A DNA stretch of 64,000 nucleotides from Neoechinorhynchus agilis. Its lineage: Eukaryota; Animalia; Acanthocephala. The position numbers and the translations under genes are program-made. Each line of letters starts with the position of its first letter. The stretch's first letter is position 1. Under the pieces are notes generated by a model. That model searched no databases. It was not told where the DNA came from and saw nothing but the letters and a program-made list of their open reading frames with translations. The DNA lies in the NCBI GenBank assembly GCA_051530055.1, contig CM121342.1, positions 7,634,691 through 7,698,690 of the forward strand. The letters run 5' to 3'. Positions 36,640 to 52,799 of the stretch are shown here, in pieces.

Positions 36640-39600
36640 TCATCCGGACTTTTTACGGCTTTTCCGCTTTCTAAAGAATATTCGTTTAAGTGTTCCGGTG
36701 CTTGTGGATGGTGTCAGAGTAGCATCGTGTCCATTAACTTGAGAAATGGACTGACTGTCGCAAATGTTCCCTGTTGTAACCGAAAAGCGGTCTGGATCGA
36801 TCTGATAATCGTTGAGTTCCCTAGGGCCGCCCTCTAGGATCTTCATAGTATACCTGATAAATATTCGAGACCCCGCAGCTCCATGAGTACTCAAGGCAGC
36901 ACCGACGAATCTTAGCTGATGATTGATTTCGAGGCACATATCTGGAGAATTGAACACATCACTTAGATGGGTTCGAATTTGAGATATTAGCGCATCCCCA
37001 GCTCGTTTATCTCTGATTTCCGTAACAACATCATAAATATCGGGATTTCGAATCAGAAATTGTGCAACATAGTTAAAGACAGGGTTCGTGGTTCGAAATA
37101 AGATGTGACTTTTTGCTGTCTGCTCCTCTGCTTTGATAACACAATATGGATTCGGTTCAGAAAAGCCAGCCGGACCTAACCCCGCGAACGTCGTTCGTTT
37201 GCTGTGAGGCAAATTTGACGCTCCACCAATATAAACAGTTAAAACAGCTTTAGGAAGGTGATCCTGTCTATCAGCCCGAAATGAAGATTGCCTCGTACTT
37301 AAAGTGTACCAAAAAGTAGCGAGTTTCAAAGATCCACTTGTCGCATTGTCCAGCACAAATGAGTTACTAATACTTTTAGCTTCTATGTCCGACAATGATC
37401 AACCTTTTGAAGTTTCCATTACCCAAGAAAAAGATTGATCTCGTCAGCGCATATAGCTGCTCTTAAAGATAACTCACAAGATCCGAGAAAATCGTCCTCG
37501 CCCGGATCTTTGTCCCGCACCTCGAAAACCAACTTCCCTTCACTATCCTCATTTTCTTCGACAATTACGTGTAATATTTCATTCCAATGAGGATTAGTTG
37601 AGTTATCAACCGCTCTTGTCTTATAAATCCTGCTTTTTCCCAAATAAACATTAACGTAAGGATCCGACTTACCACGCTTGTTCAACATACTAAAGTCGGC
37701 CCGGGCAATGTCCGTTCCAGAGACAATACAAACTAAAAGAACTCCTTTGAGCTCTGGCTTAAACAGACTAGTTGTCTCAATCTCCGTCGCCAAAGGAATC
37801 AGAAATTTGTTAGGATATACAAGCAATGATTCAAGAATGTTGTATATAACACCTTTAAGTATGGATTTTAGACCGGGAATGTCGAAAACGTTGGCGATGT
37901 CTGTCATTTCGAAATCAATTGCAGGTTGACGAAGAAAGGAAAACGACACTGCTCCAGCAAATGGCACTCGGTTTATCAGTGGCTTCAAAACGGCCCGACA
38001 ATCTCCTACCACTTGAATGTGCTTAATTCCGGCTAATAGTTTGTTTGACGAGAAACGAATCCTAGCATCTCCAAAATAACACATTTCGAAATCCACAATG
38101 AGTTCATCGTACTTTGATGAACCTGTGTCGTACACTTTTATCCCACCGAGCTGAGGAGCCTAAATAGTCGGTTCATGGTAACGCGAAGAAATCAATTCGG
38201 ACTAGTGATTCTCTTTTAGACTTTTTAAAATATTACGTATCAATGGATTTTCGTGAATTTTGGACGGTTTAAATTATTCACGTCGTTTTCATCATTTCTA
38301 AAAAGATACTGCATTGCTAAATATATTTTAAACAAAAGTTTTATCGAGAAAGCTGGTGACTAATTTTTAAAAAATACCAAAACCAATATTTACGAGCTTT
38401 TCTTAATTTTTTGTATTTTTGTATTTCAAAAACATTTAATCGTTTTCTGTATGAACTATGAAAAGTGCTTCCATTCTTAAAACCTGTAAAGGATTCGAAT
38501 CTAAATCAATTAAGGTTCAAATAGAGCCAGAATATTTTCAAGCTTGAGCTGCTCATATCTTCGCATTTATTCTTCAATTAAGAAATTATATGAAACGCAA
38601 TATAAGATTTTTGAAATTCGACAGGATCAACAGTAGTAAAAAAAGAAAGCAAAATTTGGCCTGATATAAGTCGATAGAGTCTAAAACGTTTAAATCTTTG
38701 GACTACTAGGGAAGTGTTTTATGCCATAGAAGACGAAATATCTAAAGAACCAGCGCTATGCATTTTGTTGTTGTCTAAACACTATTAAGGGACCACCAGT
38801 GAAGTTTAATGCTTCATTCTAAAGTTAAAGAACTGCTCGAAATTCTTAAGTCGGTATTTATTGAAGAAGTTATACGAAAGGTTTAATGATTACAATTGCT
38901 GATGTGAAAATGGACAAAAATAAGAGAAAAGTTTTACCATAAACTTTCAATAAGTGCGCGTATTTTACAAAAAATATTTGTTGTTGATAAGAAATGGTGA
39001 AATGTTAAAATACAATTGTATTTTTCGATCATAACAAAAGATCATTTCGTAGATAAATCTTTGTCAAAGACATTTAGAGGTTAAAAAAAGAAAAGTTGAG
39101 AACGCCATCTGATGTTTTTCTCCAGGAAGAGTTCGTTGTTCCGTTTTTTTCTAAAATGTCATTTTGCCAAAAGTACGATGATTTTTTGTTTTTCAAGAGA
39201 GTTGGTCGATGAATTTTCACTTAGTAGCTCAACCGATTCAGGCGAAAGCGGTTGACCAGACTGAAAAGCACTGTGAGGCATTAAAAAAAAAGAGAATCAC
39301 TTATCGTGCTAAATAGAAGAAAAAAGTAGTAAGTCTTACCACATCACCCAAATCAAGCATCACGAATTTGAAATCACTTAATACAGCAGGAGCCGTGCAT
39401 TGAACCATTTTTTCTGCTACATCAACAAAGATCGTCTTCCTGAGATGATCCGCACAAAAAGGCCAGAACTTTTGAATGGATCTATTAAGAAATTCAGCTC
39501 GTTCGAAATCCGGATATGTCTCGTGAGTCCTGATACCATTTTTCGACCTTAGTCGATCTTCAGGACGATTCCAAACCATAAGCAAGATAACAAGAAGTAC

Positions 39601-39696
39601 GAACAAGAAGCTAACTCCATATTTTCCAGATAGGTAAACGAGTAAAGCTACCAATGATGCTCTCACATAATATGGGTAAGTTGAACTCGGTTCCAT
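36640..39696 (-). CDS. ESYT: Extended synaptotagmin (TM-SMP-C2A-C2B)
   Basis: Exon 1 39696-39340 (hydrophobic hairpin, PDFERAEFLN). Exon 2 from 38159 (APQLGGIKVY, SMP domain, C2A with GKSDPYV and DKDPGEDDFLG). Final exon has C2B (AVLTVYI, EPNPYC, TNPVF). The exact junction near 37360-37420 is uncertain. Confidence 0.92.
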
Positions 39697-40130
39697 TTGT
39701 ATATCTAAGAGGACGTGGAGTCTGACGAGGTTAATAAAGAATTTCTTAATATATGCGCAGGAGCGGCGTTGCGGAGAAAAGCGAGAGAGAGAAAGCGACA
39801 GAGTTATCTACCAGGATCGTCCAAAAGACTAGCTATATCGCTAGTGAGAAAAGAAGATTGTGGAAATTGCTTTGTTTGAGGGGAAGTGGTAATAAATGAC
39901 ATTTTTTGGAGAAGTATTCGGCTCGAGAAAACACAGATGGAAGTCAGAGGAACTTGATACGGTTTCTAGACGCGATATCCGTTGATTATCTTGGATACGG
40001 ATGAGCGGATTTATGTACGCAATCGGAGATTATCTTTATGAACAACAGAGACACCAATAAAACAATCCATCGGCGAGACCTTTCTTTGCAGGTTTTGACC
40101 CTCAAATCGCCTTTCCCACTCAAAAACATA

Positions 40131-40277
40131 AGGCGAAATAAAGAAAAATGATTTAATTTTCTAACTAAAAGGACGAAATATTAATAATAAATCAGGCGAA
40201 ATAAAGAAAAATGATTTAATTTTCTAACTAAAAGGACGAAATATTAATAATAAATCATTTTCTTTAATTCGCCTGAC
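40131..40277. repeat. 63-bp tandem duplication followed by an inverted copy of its first ~22 bp
   Basis: AGGCGAAATAAAGAAAAATGAT... at 40131 and 40194; reverse complement ATCATTTTTCTTTAATTCGCCT at about 40254-40275. Confidence 0.85.
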
Positions 40278-40399
40278 CTCTGTAAATAACACATTTACAA
40301 TTCAAAAAATTGTGACTTATATTAACGATTGCGCGGAACAACTGGATTTTGTTACTATCTCCTTAAGTAATAATTTTCGTCCTAAAGATAAACAGCCAG

Positions 40400-41790
40400 A
40401 TGAAACAACTGCAAGAAATTGATAAACACGTAGTTTCCTTTCTAGAAGGTCGTAATTCTTTGAGAAACGTCTTTAAAATATGTAAATCACGAGGAATAAC
40501 GCTTGGTTTTGAGAATCAATTCCGAAACCTCCATGGTTCTTGTGAAGACCCCAAAGAATGAGCACGCCTAATCGCGACCGCAATCAAATGGTCCGGTGGT
40601 TTTCTTAATGCTTCAGGTACTAAAACGGATGACCGCTCCTTTGGTTTGCGGTCCACGGCTGCAAAACGACAGCCAATCGCCACAGCATGATGAATATTCT
40701 AATACTTTGAGCTTTTTCGATAGGTTGATTCAAACAGAGACGATGATCGGAAAAGATCGGACGGAGCATCAACAGTTACTTGGGAAAAAGAGGCAACCTT
40801 CCCGAATACGATTGCGCCTTTTACAGCTCCAGGAACCGTTGAAATTGTGAAAAGGGGAGAAGTACAAATGCCTCAAGCAGTCAATTTACATTTTAAACAA
40901 CCTGGCGCCATTGAGAAAATTGGTGCCGTCGGGCCAAACATCGCTGAATTTTTAACCAAAGTTGGAAAATGGTTGGTATTAAGAAAGGGAACGTGTTTTA
41001 TCAAACACTGATTTTAAAACTTAAATCAAAAAAATTGAAATCAGAGTGCATTATCGTTCGAAAGCTACAATTAATCAACAACTATTCAAGTAATCGGTCG
41101 CCAAACTCGAATCAAATTCATCCCGACGACATTTCTCTATGATATTCAAGAAATGTTTGATTTTGAACTGTGAATAATATGTGAGTTTTTGTTTAGTTTA
41201 TAGTTAAAAAAAATTATTAAACTAATTGAAAATACAAAACATCCATCATGTAAAGAAATCATTTTTGGTTGCATTTTCTAGCCAAAGCCAATTGATAGCA
41301 ATCGATTGACAGAAAATCATTCAGTAAAGGAGGGTGACGAATGCTTTTATTTTGAACGACATGCTTCAGTGTTTTCTGAAAAATAAAAAAGGACTCGTTG
41401 ATACCATTAAACCCAATTAAAAAGGCGATATGAACCTAAGGGAGGATAAATGATTTGCTGAATGCTCATTTGAAGGCAACATAAAGATAGATTTTGACTG
41501 CTGAAGACGGCTTTGGAGAACAACAGGCTTAAATTGTGAAATCTACAAAATCCTTGGATCATTTCGTTCAAACGTAAGTTCATTTTTTAAATGCAAAAAC
41601 TTAACCGAATGCAAATGGGTCGGTTTTTACTCGAAGAGCTGAAATATTTCTCGCTAAGAATTTTTTACAATATGCATATAAGATTTTATTTTCATCGTAA
41701 CCATCTAAGCTAGAATAATTCGATCATAAATTCGAATTAATGGACATTATGCAGAAACTGGTACCCATTTATCATTATTATCTTTGCATT
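40400..41790 (+). CDS. Possible multi-exon gene of unknown product
   Basis: AG/GT-flanked open segment 40724-40971 (VDSNRDD...EFLTKVGKW), further donor-like sites at about 41175, 41575 and 41789, and a hydrophobic segment WYPFIIIIFAFIALL. No coherent model could be built. Confidence 0.3.
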
Positions 41791-42544
41791 TATTGCACTA
41801 TTGCACAGGTAAAGACTTTTCTCTAAATTTTTTTAACGAAGCGAAAAGCCATAAGTCAATTTTTTTAGCGAAAATAATCAAAAGTAGAAGATACATAAAT
41901 TTTAAAAATTAATGGAACATTACTTGATGGTTCATAGTTTTTCGAATCGAACGTAAAAGGCATTTAAGAACAAATTAAAAACTATTCTAAATTTCAAAGA
42001 TCAAGTTACGAATTTCGTCAAATTTTAGTTGTACGCAAACTTCTAAAAAATTTTTATATTTGTTACGATTTAATCACTCTACCAAAACGCATTTGAGAGT
42101 CCCAATGTGGAAAACGTAAAAAATAAATATTTTTTTGCACCTTGTTACATTTCCCTTTCGTTATGAGTGTTTGATTTCTCAAAAATAGTTGAAACAACGT
42201 ACAATTTTAGGAATGACTAAGACAAATAACCGAGCGGATCATGTAATTTTTTTAAGAACAATCCATATATAGTTAGGAAGACAAACCTTTCAATTTACTC
42301 CGCCAGGGAGAACTACAGTTATTTCCCTTAAAATCTAATTAAAGAACAAGTAGCTCAGGGAAATAATTATTCGCTTGCGTACAGAAGTTTTCTATCGAAT
42401 ATTAGTATGCTAAAGCAAGAATTTAATTGTGTTTGAATAAATAGCAGTGGATAACCATTACTGTTTTGCCCTAATGAACTACATAGACGTGTTCCGAAAA
42501 CTCAATACTACGAGGGCTGGTGATTAGTGGTAGGCACCGGGATC

Positions 42545-42955
42545 CATAAGATTATCACATCCTTGTTCTCCGTCAAAACTGACATTCTAAACAAAGCAGC
42601 GTGGTCTTTGTCTCGAATTCTTGTTTAAACAAACAAATTCCACCATTGAAACCTGATTTGCCCATTAAAAATTCGTCTAAATCAGAATACCTTTAGCTGG
42701 CCATGGTAGTCTTTTTTCGGAGAAAAGAACATTGTGTGTATTTTGACACTTGTGCTGACAATCTATACTTGCAGGTTTCCTCACAAGGACATCAAGGACT
42801 TTTCTCCCAAGCCATACAGCTGAGAAAACCGTTAAAGGAGGTGCATAATAACATAAGGGATACTGAATGACCTTGGTGTTAATTTGAAGATAGTGATGAA
42901 AGTTAATCACTATTGCTTTTTCATAACAAGCTTATGAATAATGGATCCTTATTGG
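42545..42955 (-). pseudogene. Possible glycogenin/GT8-like relic
   Basis: One frame with stops reads SKYTQCSFL...DLDEFL...GFNGGICLFKQEFETKTTLLCL, then FDGEQG after a frameshift. These echo glycogenin motifs in order, but the DxD motif is absent. Confidence 0.3.
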
Positions 42956-45719
42956 GAACGGCGTGGGTTGTGCGCACTATGTGGAATTTCGGGAGCTATT
43001 TTTTGTGGATTAGAATAATCTCTAGTTGTCCTTCTGACTGACACTTTGGTAAAGAACGACAAGACAGCATGTCTATTTGTCATGCTCTTACTTTTTGAGG
43101 CCAAATAAATCCCAAACAGAATCTAAAACAGCTTTTGTCTTCTAAAGACAACGCCAGACTTACAGGAATTGCCATTTTTGAAGAATCTATAATTCGTGTT
43201 ATATCTTAATAAAAAAAGGTTCCATTCCCGTGAGCGTTTAAGTGTGATTTTTAAAACGAGTAAAAATCAATTATAAGTAATTAGGAAATACTTTCATTCA
43301 AGACGATTTGTGAGGACATGAGAACGAAGTAACGAGCGTTATTTAGCTGCCAGGAAGTGGTTAAAACGCGAGAAGTGATTAAACGCTTCAAAGAATACAT
43401 GGAATTTCCTGAGTTCTAGGAGTTATGAGAATTGTGTGCCTTCTAACAGGCGTAAAGCATCACGTCTTGTTAGAACGCAAATTTAAGAAACGGACAAATT
43501 TCGATCACGTTTATCGGTTGTTTGTAAGAAGAAAAAAACAATAAATTAACTGTCGATTCAATTTAAGAGCAAATTATTTTTTGAATGGCAACAAAAACAT
43601 TCTAGTTGTTCTATAATAAGTCGGGACGAAAACTGGTGACTTGTTCGCACTAGAAATCTAAATAAGATAAACCTGTAGGAGCCGTACGTTAAGTGCAGAA
43701 TCGGAGATAAAGATCATCTGTCTGTAAAGGAGTACTCACACAATGTCGCACAGCAGACAATTGGAAACCAAAAGGAAACGGAGGTGACAATTGACAAACA
43801 ATTGAGGCAGCCGTGGTGCAAGGCATCCGATTCGAGAAGCAATGTTGATGCTTGGAATTGGACAATTAACGACCTCTAGTCTCCAATAGACGGTCGCTAG
43901 ACTGTTTATTTTTAAACCAGAACAAAATCCCTACATTAAAAAGTCTATCTATTCAATTTTAAGACTTTAAACCCACTTTGAAAGCACTATCATAACGAAT
44001 AAATATTCCTGCAAGTTTAAAATATAATGCGAAATAAATTTAGACTCACCAAATCCTCGTGATAAAAGACAAGTCTATTCCATAAGTGTAATTTTTCCTG
44101 CACAGAATATTCTTCAAAACTCACATCGAGAGTTTGACCCCTCCTATGTTTAATAGAAAAATGTTAAGTCAAATAGAAATCTTAAGAAACTTCATTTCTA
44201 TACTAAAAGACTAAAAATAATCACGCGTACGTTTTGATCCAAATCAGAATCGTTAAAAGATTGAACCGCTTTCAAAATGGCGGAACCCGTTAAGAATTCT
44301 GCTAATTTTTAAAAACAAATACCAAAAAAATGTTATCGATTTCCTAAATTTTCGCAACAAATCTCACTTTCTTTTCCCGGCTCGATCAGGTTTTTCTGCG
44401 TGCTCTCAAAGAACAACTGACGCTAAGCGTTCTGCTGCTGCCTTCATTCTCAAAACGAGCAGTGTTCTCCCAACAAAAGACTGTTATTCGTTACAAAAGA
44501 CAGAAAATGAATGCTATGCATTTTTTTACTGATTTTAATAAGAATTAGTCGAACTTTCTGATGTTTGACGCGCACGAAAAATCGTAAAAAAATTAGTTAT
44601 CGACGTTTTTGATTGACGCTCACGGATTTGAAAGCGAAAACATTAAATTTGGAATGTAGATCTTCTCTCAAAAGAGTGATGTCTAAGAGAAACAATATAA
44701 AGATTGTGTATCAAATTGACTCTTTAAAAAGTACATAAGTGCTTGTAGAAAAAAATTACAGGTTAGCCCGGCGGATGGATTTTTTTTATTAAATCGGCGT
44801 TTTATAGACTCGTGCTAACTATAAATTAAAAAATGATGTAATTGGATGATGTAAACTAAAAATCAAGTCGCTGATGGCAGCCGACAGAGGTTGCATGAAT
44901 CTTTAAAAGCCATTGGTTGCATTTAATGTAAACAAAATACGGTTGTGATTTCCGAGAAAAAAACAAATTCTGATTTGTACAATAAATTTGATCTCAATTG
45001 ACTTTTGTTAAGTGCAATCACACAACTTAATAATTATTCTAAAGACGATTTTCCAATGTCCTCCAATTTGGCTTATTATTTGATCACGACAACAAAGCGC
45101 AGATTCGGTTCGTTAAGAAAGGTACCCAACCAAAATGGACTGAATTACAAATTATGAACAGGCGAAACGCTGAAAATTCATCGATAAAGTCGTTTCTAAA
45201 CAGTATTTCTATCCAATATTTCTTTATACACTGAAAATCCATACATGAGCAGATTTACGATAACTCTGATTTATTTAATCCATATTTATAAATTTCTTTG
45301 GAGTAGAAAATAAGAAACGGATGCACTTGGATGTGACTTGACCGTCTCTGCAAATTCGAGTCTCCTGTAGATTGGAGTATTCATGAGGACACCTCCAGCG
45401 AATTCGAGTGTCCATGAGGACCTAAAGATACATGGGTTTTTCTTTGTTAATTAATAAATAAACGTGTTATTATTATACTCTCGTCAAAGAATCTTAAAAC
45501 AATCCAATTGACAGCGATGTTACAAATAACAATAAACTTTAAAATACGATCATGGGTTTTTTTATGCAGCATTTAATAAAACCCACGGAAAATTCTTTAA
45601 AAATAGCTCACCATCGCAGTACAAGAAAGTAATTATCGAACAAAGGAATGTATTCATGAATGACTTGTATCGATTTTAAAAACTGCGTTTTTTCATACCA
45701 TTGAATTATATTTTAGCAA

Positions 45720-46165
45720 TTGAGGATTGGCAAATTAAATACGAAATCCACAAATATGGACATTTCTTGAATGGACGGTTAAACTGCTTTTCTTTTCAAG
45801 TCTTAATAATATTCAAGGAATTCACGATTGGCAAATTCAATACGAAATCAACAAATATGGACATTTCTTGAATGGACGGTTAAACTGCTTTTCTTTGCAA
45901 GCCTTAATAATATTGAAGGAATTCAGGATTGGCAAGTTCAATACGAAATACACAAATATGGACATTTCTTGAATGGACGGTTAAACTGCTTTTCTTTACA
46001 AGCCTTAATAATATTCAAGGAATTCACGATTGGCAAATTCAATACCAATTCCTCAAATATGGGCATTTCATTAAGGGATGTTTAGACTGCGTTTCTTCGT
46101 ACGCTTTAATAATATTTAAGGACTTCAGGATTGGCAAATTCAATACCAAATCCACAAATATGGAG
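45720..46165. repeat. Tandem array, 101-bp unit, ~4.4 copies
   Basis: Anchor GATTGGCAA at 45725, 45826, 45927, 46028 and 46129. Confidence 0.93.
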
Positions 46166-48201
46166 AATGGGACTAAAGAATTCCTCATTGTGAGTTTTAT
46201 TGTTTTTCTGTATTGTTTTAGAGTTTAAACCAGCACTCCTGTCCATTGTGTCCATGAAAATATTACCAAAATTGTGTTAATTGGCGCACTAGATCTTCGA
46301 TATTGATGTCTTTTCTGTGGCATTTGATGTTTCCAAATCCTAGCATAGATTACTTTTTCATATGATTTGGCATTTAAAAATATCAAAGAAAAGATATAAT
46401 TGATCATTTATTGAATGGAGGTTTTTAAAGATTTCTTCAAAAAAGTCGATACGAAATCCCGAAATATTGGAGAAATTGCCCAAAAACTTCATCTTTCTAT
46501 TGAATTATTGTCAAAAGCTCTCCAATGTTAATTTTCTGTACTTTTCAATAGTGTTAAGTTTCTTTTCCTTCAGGAAAACGGCGCACTTAGAGCTCATTGT
46601 CTTTAAGTTTCCTTATAATAGGAAACTGCACATGACTATACTGCTCGACTTATAGTGCATAGGAAATCGAGTTCGTTAAAGTGTTGCGACTTTGAGAGAA
46701 AGATTTGCGGGTGCTATAATCTTAAAACTCACGAAGAGAACCCTATTCGATGGGCACGATTTTTAATTCTCTATTGGAAATTCGCAATTTTTAACTTGAA
46801 AAAAAGAGTAAGTTAAATCAATGGATTGTGTAGACTTTGTCGTAATGCATCAAAACCAGTCCTTAGAATTCGATGAGTAGTTTTTTAAACTTTTGTTTAA
46901 ATTCTCCTGATTGAGCCCATCTTTTCTTGTTCTCTTACACATGATGAATTCTGCTAGCTTTCGGTCCGATCCCAATTGTGTTAGAAATCTAAATAAATCA
47001 AGTGCACGAATAGCTCAGCGCGATGAAAAATATGATGTATCTAACAGATATGACCCATTAATAGGCCCGTGAATATCGTTTTACTCATTGCAATACGATC
47101 ACAGTTTGTATCTTTAAAGATCGAAATATGCGTCGATTTAGAGGGTACATTCTCGTTTAGTTTGCGCAAAAAACTCAATGCTCTAAGGTAAAAGTAAAAA
47201 ATAATGGAATTAAAGGTTATTCATGATAAGTTCAGATCAATGTAGTCTATTTTTAAATTCCGGTAATTTCCTTAGTACTTTCTAAAATAGGAACTTTTAC
47301 CGGTAACCAAAGAGATGAATGGAGACCGGAGTGCTTCATAGGAAGTGTCTCTAAAATGGATTTTATTGGCATTTCCCATCGGGTTCGTCTGGCCTTTAGC
47401 GCTTAAAGTTATAGTTTGCCACCGACCTTCAATTGAATTTTATTCGTTCTAACCTTTGCGCTCGTTACTGTTGTTCTTACTAATCTCGAACAAAATAATC
47501 GCTTCGAAAACAATTTCCTTAACTCGCAAATTGAGGAATATGAAACATGTTCAAAACTTTCATATGTTAAGCGAGTTAAAGGATGCCTGAAAACATAGAA
47601 TGAACTAACAAATGACTACTCAATCGATCTGCAAAGCTACTATTTCCCATGCGCAAATTTTTGGATTTCAATCACAATTTTTTCTTCGAGCAACCAATAT
47701 AAAACTACTTGGTCGTCTATGTGAGCTACTGCTGCAATATTTGGCCTTTGAATGGAACCTCCTTGACTTTTTTTGAAAAAAGAAACCATTTAACTCCAAC
47801 TCTTGTCTAAATGCGAGTCGGATTCGCTTGAATTGAATGCTCCATGTACCGCTTATACTCTTGGGTTACCAGAGATACCGTTAGTGAGTATGTATACTCC
47901 ATTTAGACTTGCTGAAGAAAATCAAAGATTTTAAACGGTCCGAAGATTTTCTTGTTTTGCGCATTAAGGCACGGAGCGCCTATTTTTCCTAAATAGAAAC
48001 TGACAATCACATCTCCCTGCGGACATTTTAGGCATGATACAGAATTGGATATCGCAATTGTTATGTGTGAGCTGAGACTATGAGTTTTGTCGAACACTCA
48101 GTGTAAGTTTGTCATGACAATCAGGAATAATCGCAGCTTCCTAAAACCAGGATATGTATAAACGAAATCAAAAACACACATAACTTCCATCCACGGAACC
48201 A

Positions 48202-49635
48202 ATGGAATTTATAACTGCCATACCCATAGTATGGGGATGTATCGCCCTTTTTGGCATAATCGGTCGGCATTCTTAACATTTTCTAAAATAATCTAATTGC
48301 TTTATTCCTTCGTAGCAAATTTAGCTGTTATTTTTCTTATTATTAGAAGGAAACTAGTACACAGAGCGGTGAATTGTTACGTCTTGAACTTGGCAATTAC
48401 TGATGTCGTATTTTTGCTCATTTGTCCAGTTATAGCCACAGTCCCAATGATCAATCCTGCTTGGAGTCTTGGACGGTTCGCATGTCAGGCATTAAACTTT
48501 TTAAGTATTGTAAGTATTTTGTTGTTCGTTGCGACCAATATATTCTCTGTGTACCCAATTATTTCAATTTTCATATTTCATTGGGAGCTTTATTACCTTT
48601 ATGCACCAAGTGATTTCTCGGAAATAAAAGCATGCTGCCATAGAAAATATGGATCGTCTGGTGAAATCAGTGGTCTCGTCTTACTTGAGGTCTTGAATAT
48701 GATTTTAATGCTCAATGTTGTTTAAATTTGAGTTTAAACGGTAGTGTTTTGGTTAAAATGATTTTCTTCACTGACTGTCGATGGTCAATATCGATTGGAA
48801 TTTTTAATTAATTAGCCGTTAGAGTATTCTAAAATTTCGTTATTTTTCCAGTGGAGCGTCCATGCCAATTGCTGGACGCTCGTAATAATGACGAGTGATC
48901 GCTGCATTAGAGTAATCTCGGATTCCATCACATCAATACGCCGAAGCAAAACCGAAATCGGAATTCGATTTCTCCTTATCTGGACAGGTACATTCATTTT
49001 CCACTTCTTAAAAAACCTCATCGTTAACGAATAGTATCGTTCCTGCTTGCAGTGCCGACAATCCATCTTTATGATCTTCACTCTGTGTCAACTCAGATCG
49101 CCAATACGACAAATACAAACGATAATCAATCCTTAACTGGAATAACAAAAATGCAATTTTGTGCCCTAAGTACAGTCAAAGTACCGTACATTCGGATCAT
49201 TCTCATATCGAGTGTTATTAATCATTACGTGTTGCCCGTGTTTCTAATCGCAGTCTGCTATATTCTCATTTGCTGCAAACTCAATCAACAACATAAAAGA
49301 TCTGTAAGTCTTTATAGGAATTCGATTTTTTTAGACTCTAAATTTAGCGTGCATCGCTTCAAAAGCATTGCATCGGAGCCAAGAATCGAGCAAATCGACT
49401 GATAAGTGCAATATTCTTTACTTTTGCATTTTGTTGGCTACCGAACTCGCTTTATGTAATCTGCGTTGGCATATTTTACCAACGAACATTTTATCATTAC
49501 AACACTGCCATCTACTTCAAAGTCGTTTCACATACTCTTACCTATCTAAATTCCTGCCTCAATCCCCTATACAATGTTGTTCTAAACAGAAACCTCTGGT
49601 CTGAACTAAAACGAAAACCAAATAAGCAATGCTGA
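48202..49635 (+). CDS. Class A GPCR, neuropeptide-receptor type (galanin/allatostatin-A/somatostatin-like)
   Basis: Five exons give seven TM helices: GIIAN (TM1; intron 48263-48315), LAITD (TM2), TLVIMTSDRC (TM3; exon 48851-48987), WT..VP (TM4), YVLPVFLIAVCY (TM5), CWLP (TM6), NSCLNPLY (TM7). Stop TGA at 49633-49635. Confidence 0.88.
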
Positions 49636-50331
49636 AATACCGCATAAAAATCAAGACAATACAAAATGCACGGTGGAAACTATTAGACTTACCGAAAACA
49701 CTAAAAAAACATCGATAAATTGTTGACCTTTTTTAAACGAATGAGCGGACAGCATTAGGGTGCTCCCTATATCATTTATTAATTAGTGATATGTAATTTT
49801 CAAGACAACTACAAAAGGGTTCTACAAAACTGTGTGATAATATAAATCCGCTTCTATCTTCAAAATCTAAAAAAATCTTTCTGTTGCAAAAGTTTAATTT
49901 TAAATATTTATCCCGCATTCATTCAAATTTATAGATTATTCTGTGTTCATGTTTTAGCTATGAAATAAATTGTTATCGAATTTTACCGTCTGTATTTAAA
50001 ATTAGTTCAACATGCTAATATAACCTATAGTTATGCTCATTGTTAAGATTATCCGTCGAAACGCAAATCTTTTCATTTTGAGCATAAGTCATTGGCCGTA
50101 AAATAAATCATGTAATTAATATTCATTTTTGGAATGGACTGAATTGTTCTAACTAAAAGACATTAAGAATTTAACCTTCTATCTGATTTTATGTCTGAAA
50201 TATAATAATAATAAAATTAAAAAGCCTTGAGATAGGATTAATTTCCAGATGGCTGATTATCGGTGCCAATACCTATGCAACCCTTGATAAATCAAAGGCT
50301 AACACTGGTTTAATTTACTAAAATAAAATTC

Positions 50332-52483
<2,152 letters not shown>

Positions 52484-52799
52484 TTTCAAAAAAAGCACAA
52501 GACAAGCCTTACTTTTGAAGGAATATATTCGATTAGTCACCGCTTGTCAGCAAGTTTTCTGACTAAGTTTCCAGTTATGCCTCAACCGCTAAAAGCACAC
52601 GGCAAAATTCCCTTTACCCGTTATTTTCCCCATATTCCACACCCACTCAGCAAAAAAGGCGTGATGGTTGATTTAATGAGGTTCAAGACGATTTCCCGTC
52701 TTCAACAACGATAAACGAAGACGAAGTAAAACCTCACAACCGTTCAACATGACGGGCCCTTAGTGCCATGCAAGTATGCTACCTTCTCTACTTCTACAT

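Noticed and set aside
42545-42955. Alternative genetic code to explain the in-frame stops
   Set aside because: Confident genes in the window end normally at TAA, TAG or TGA.
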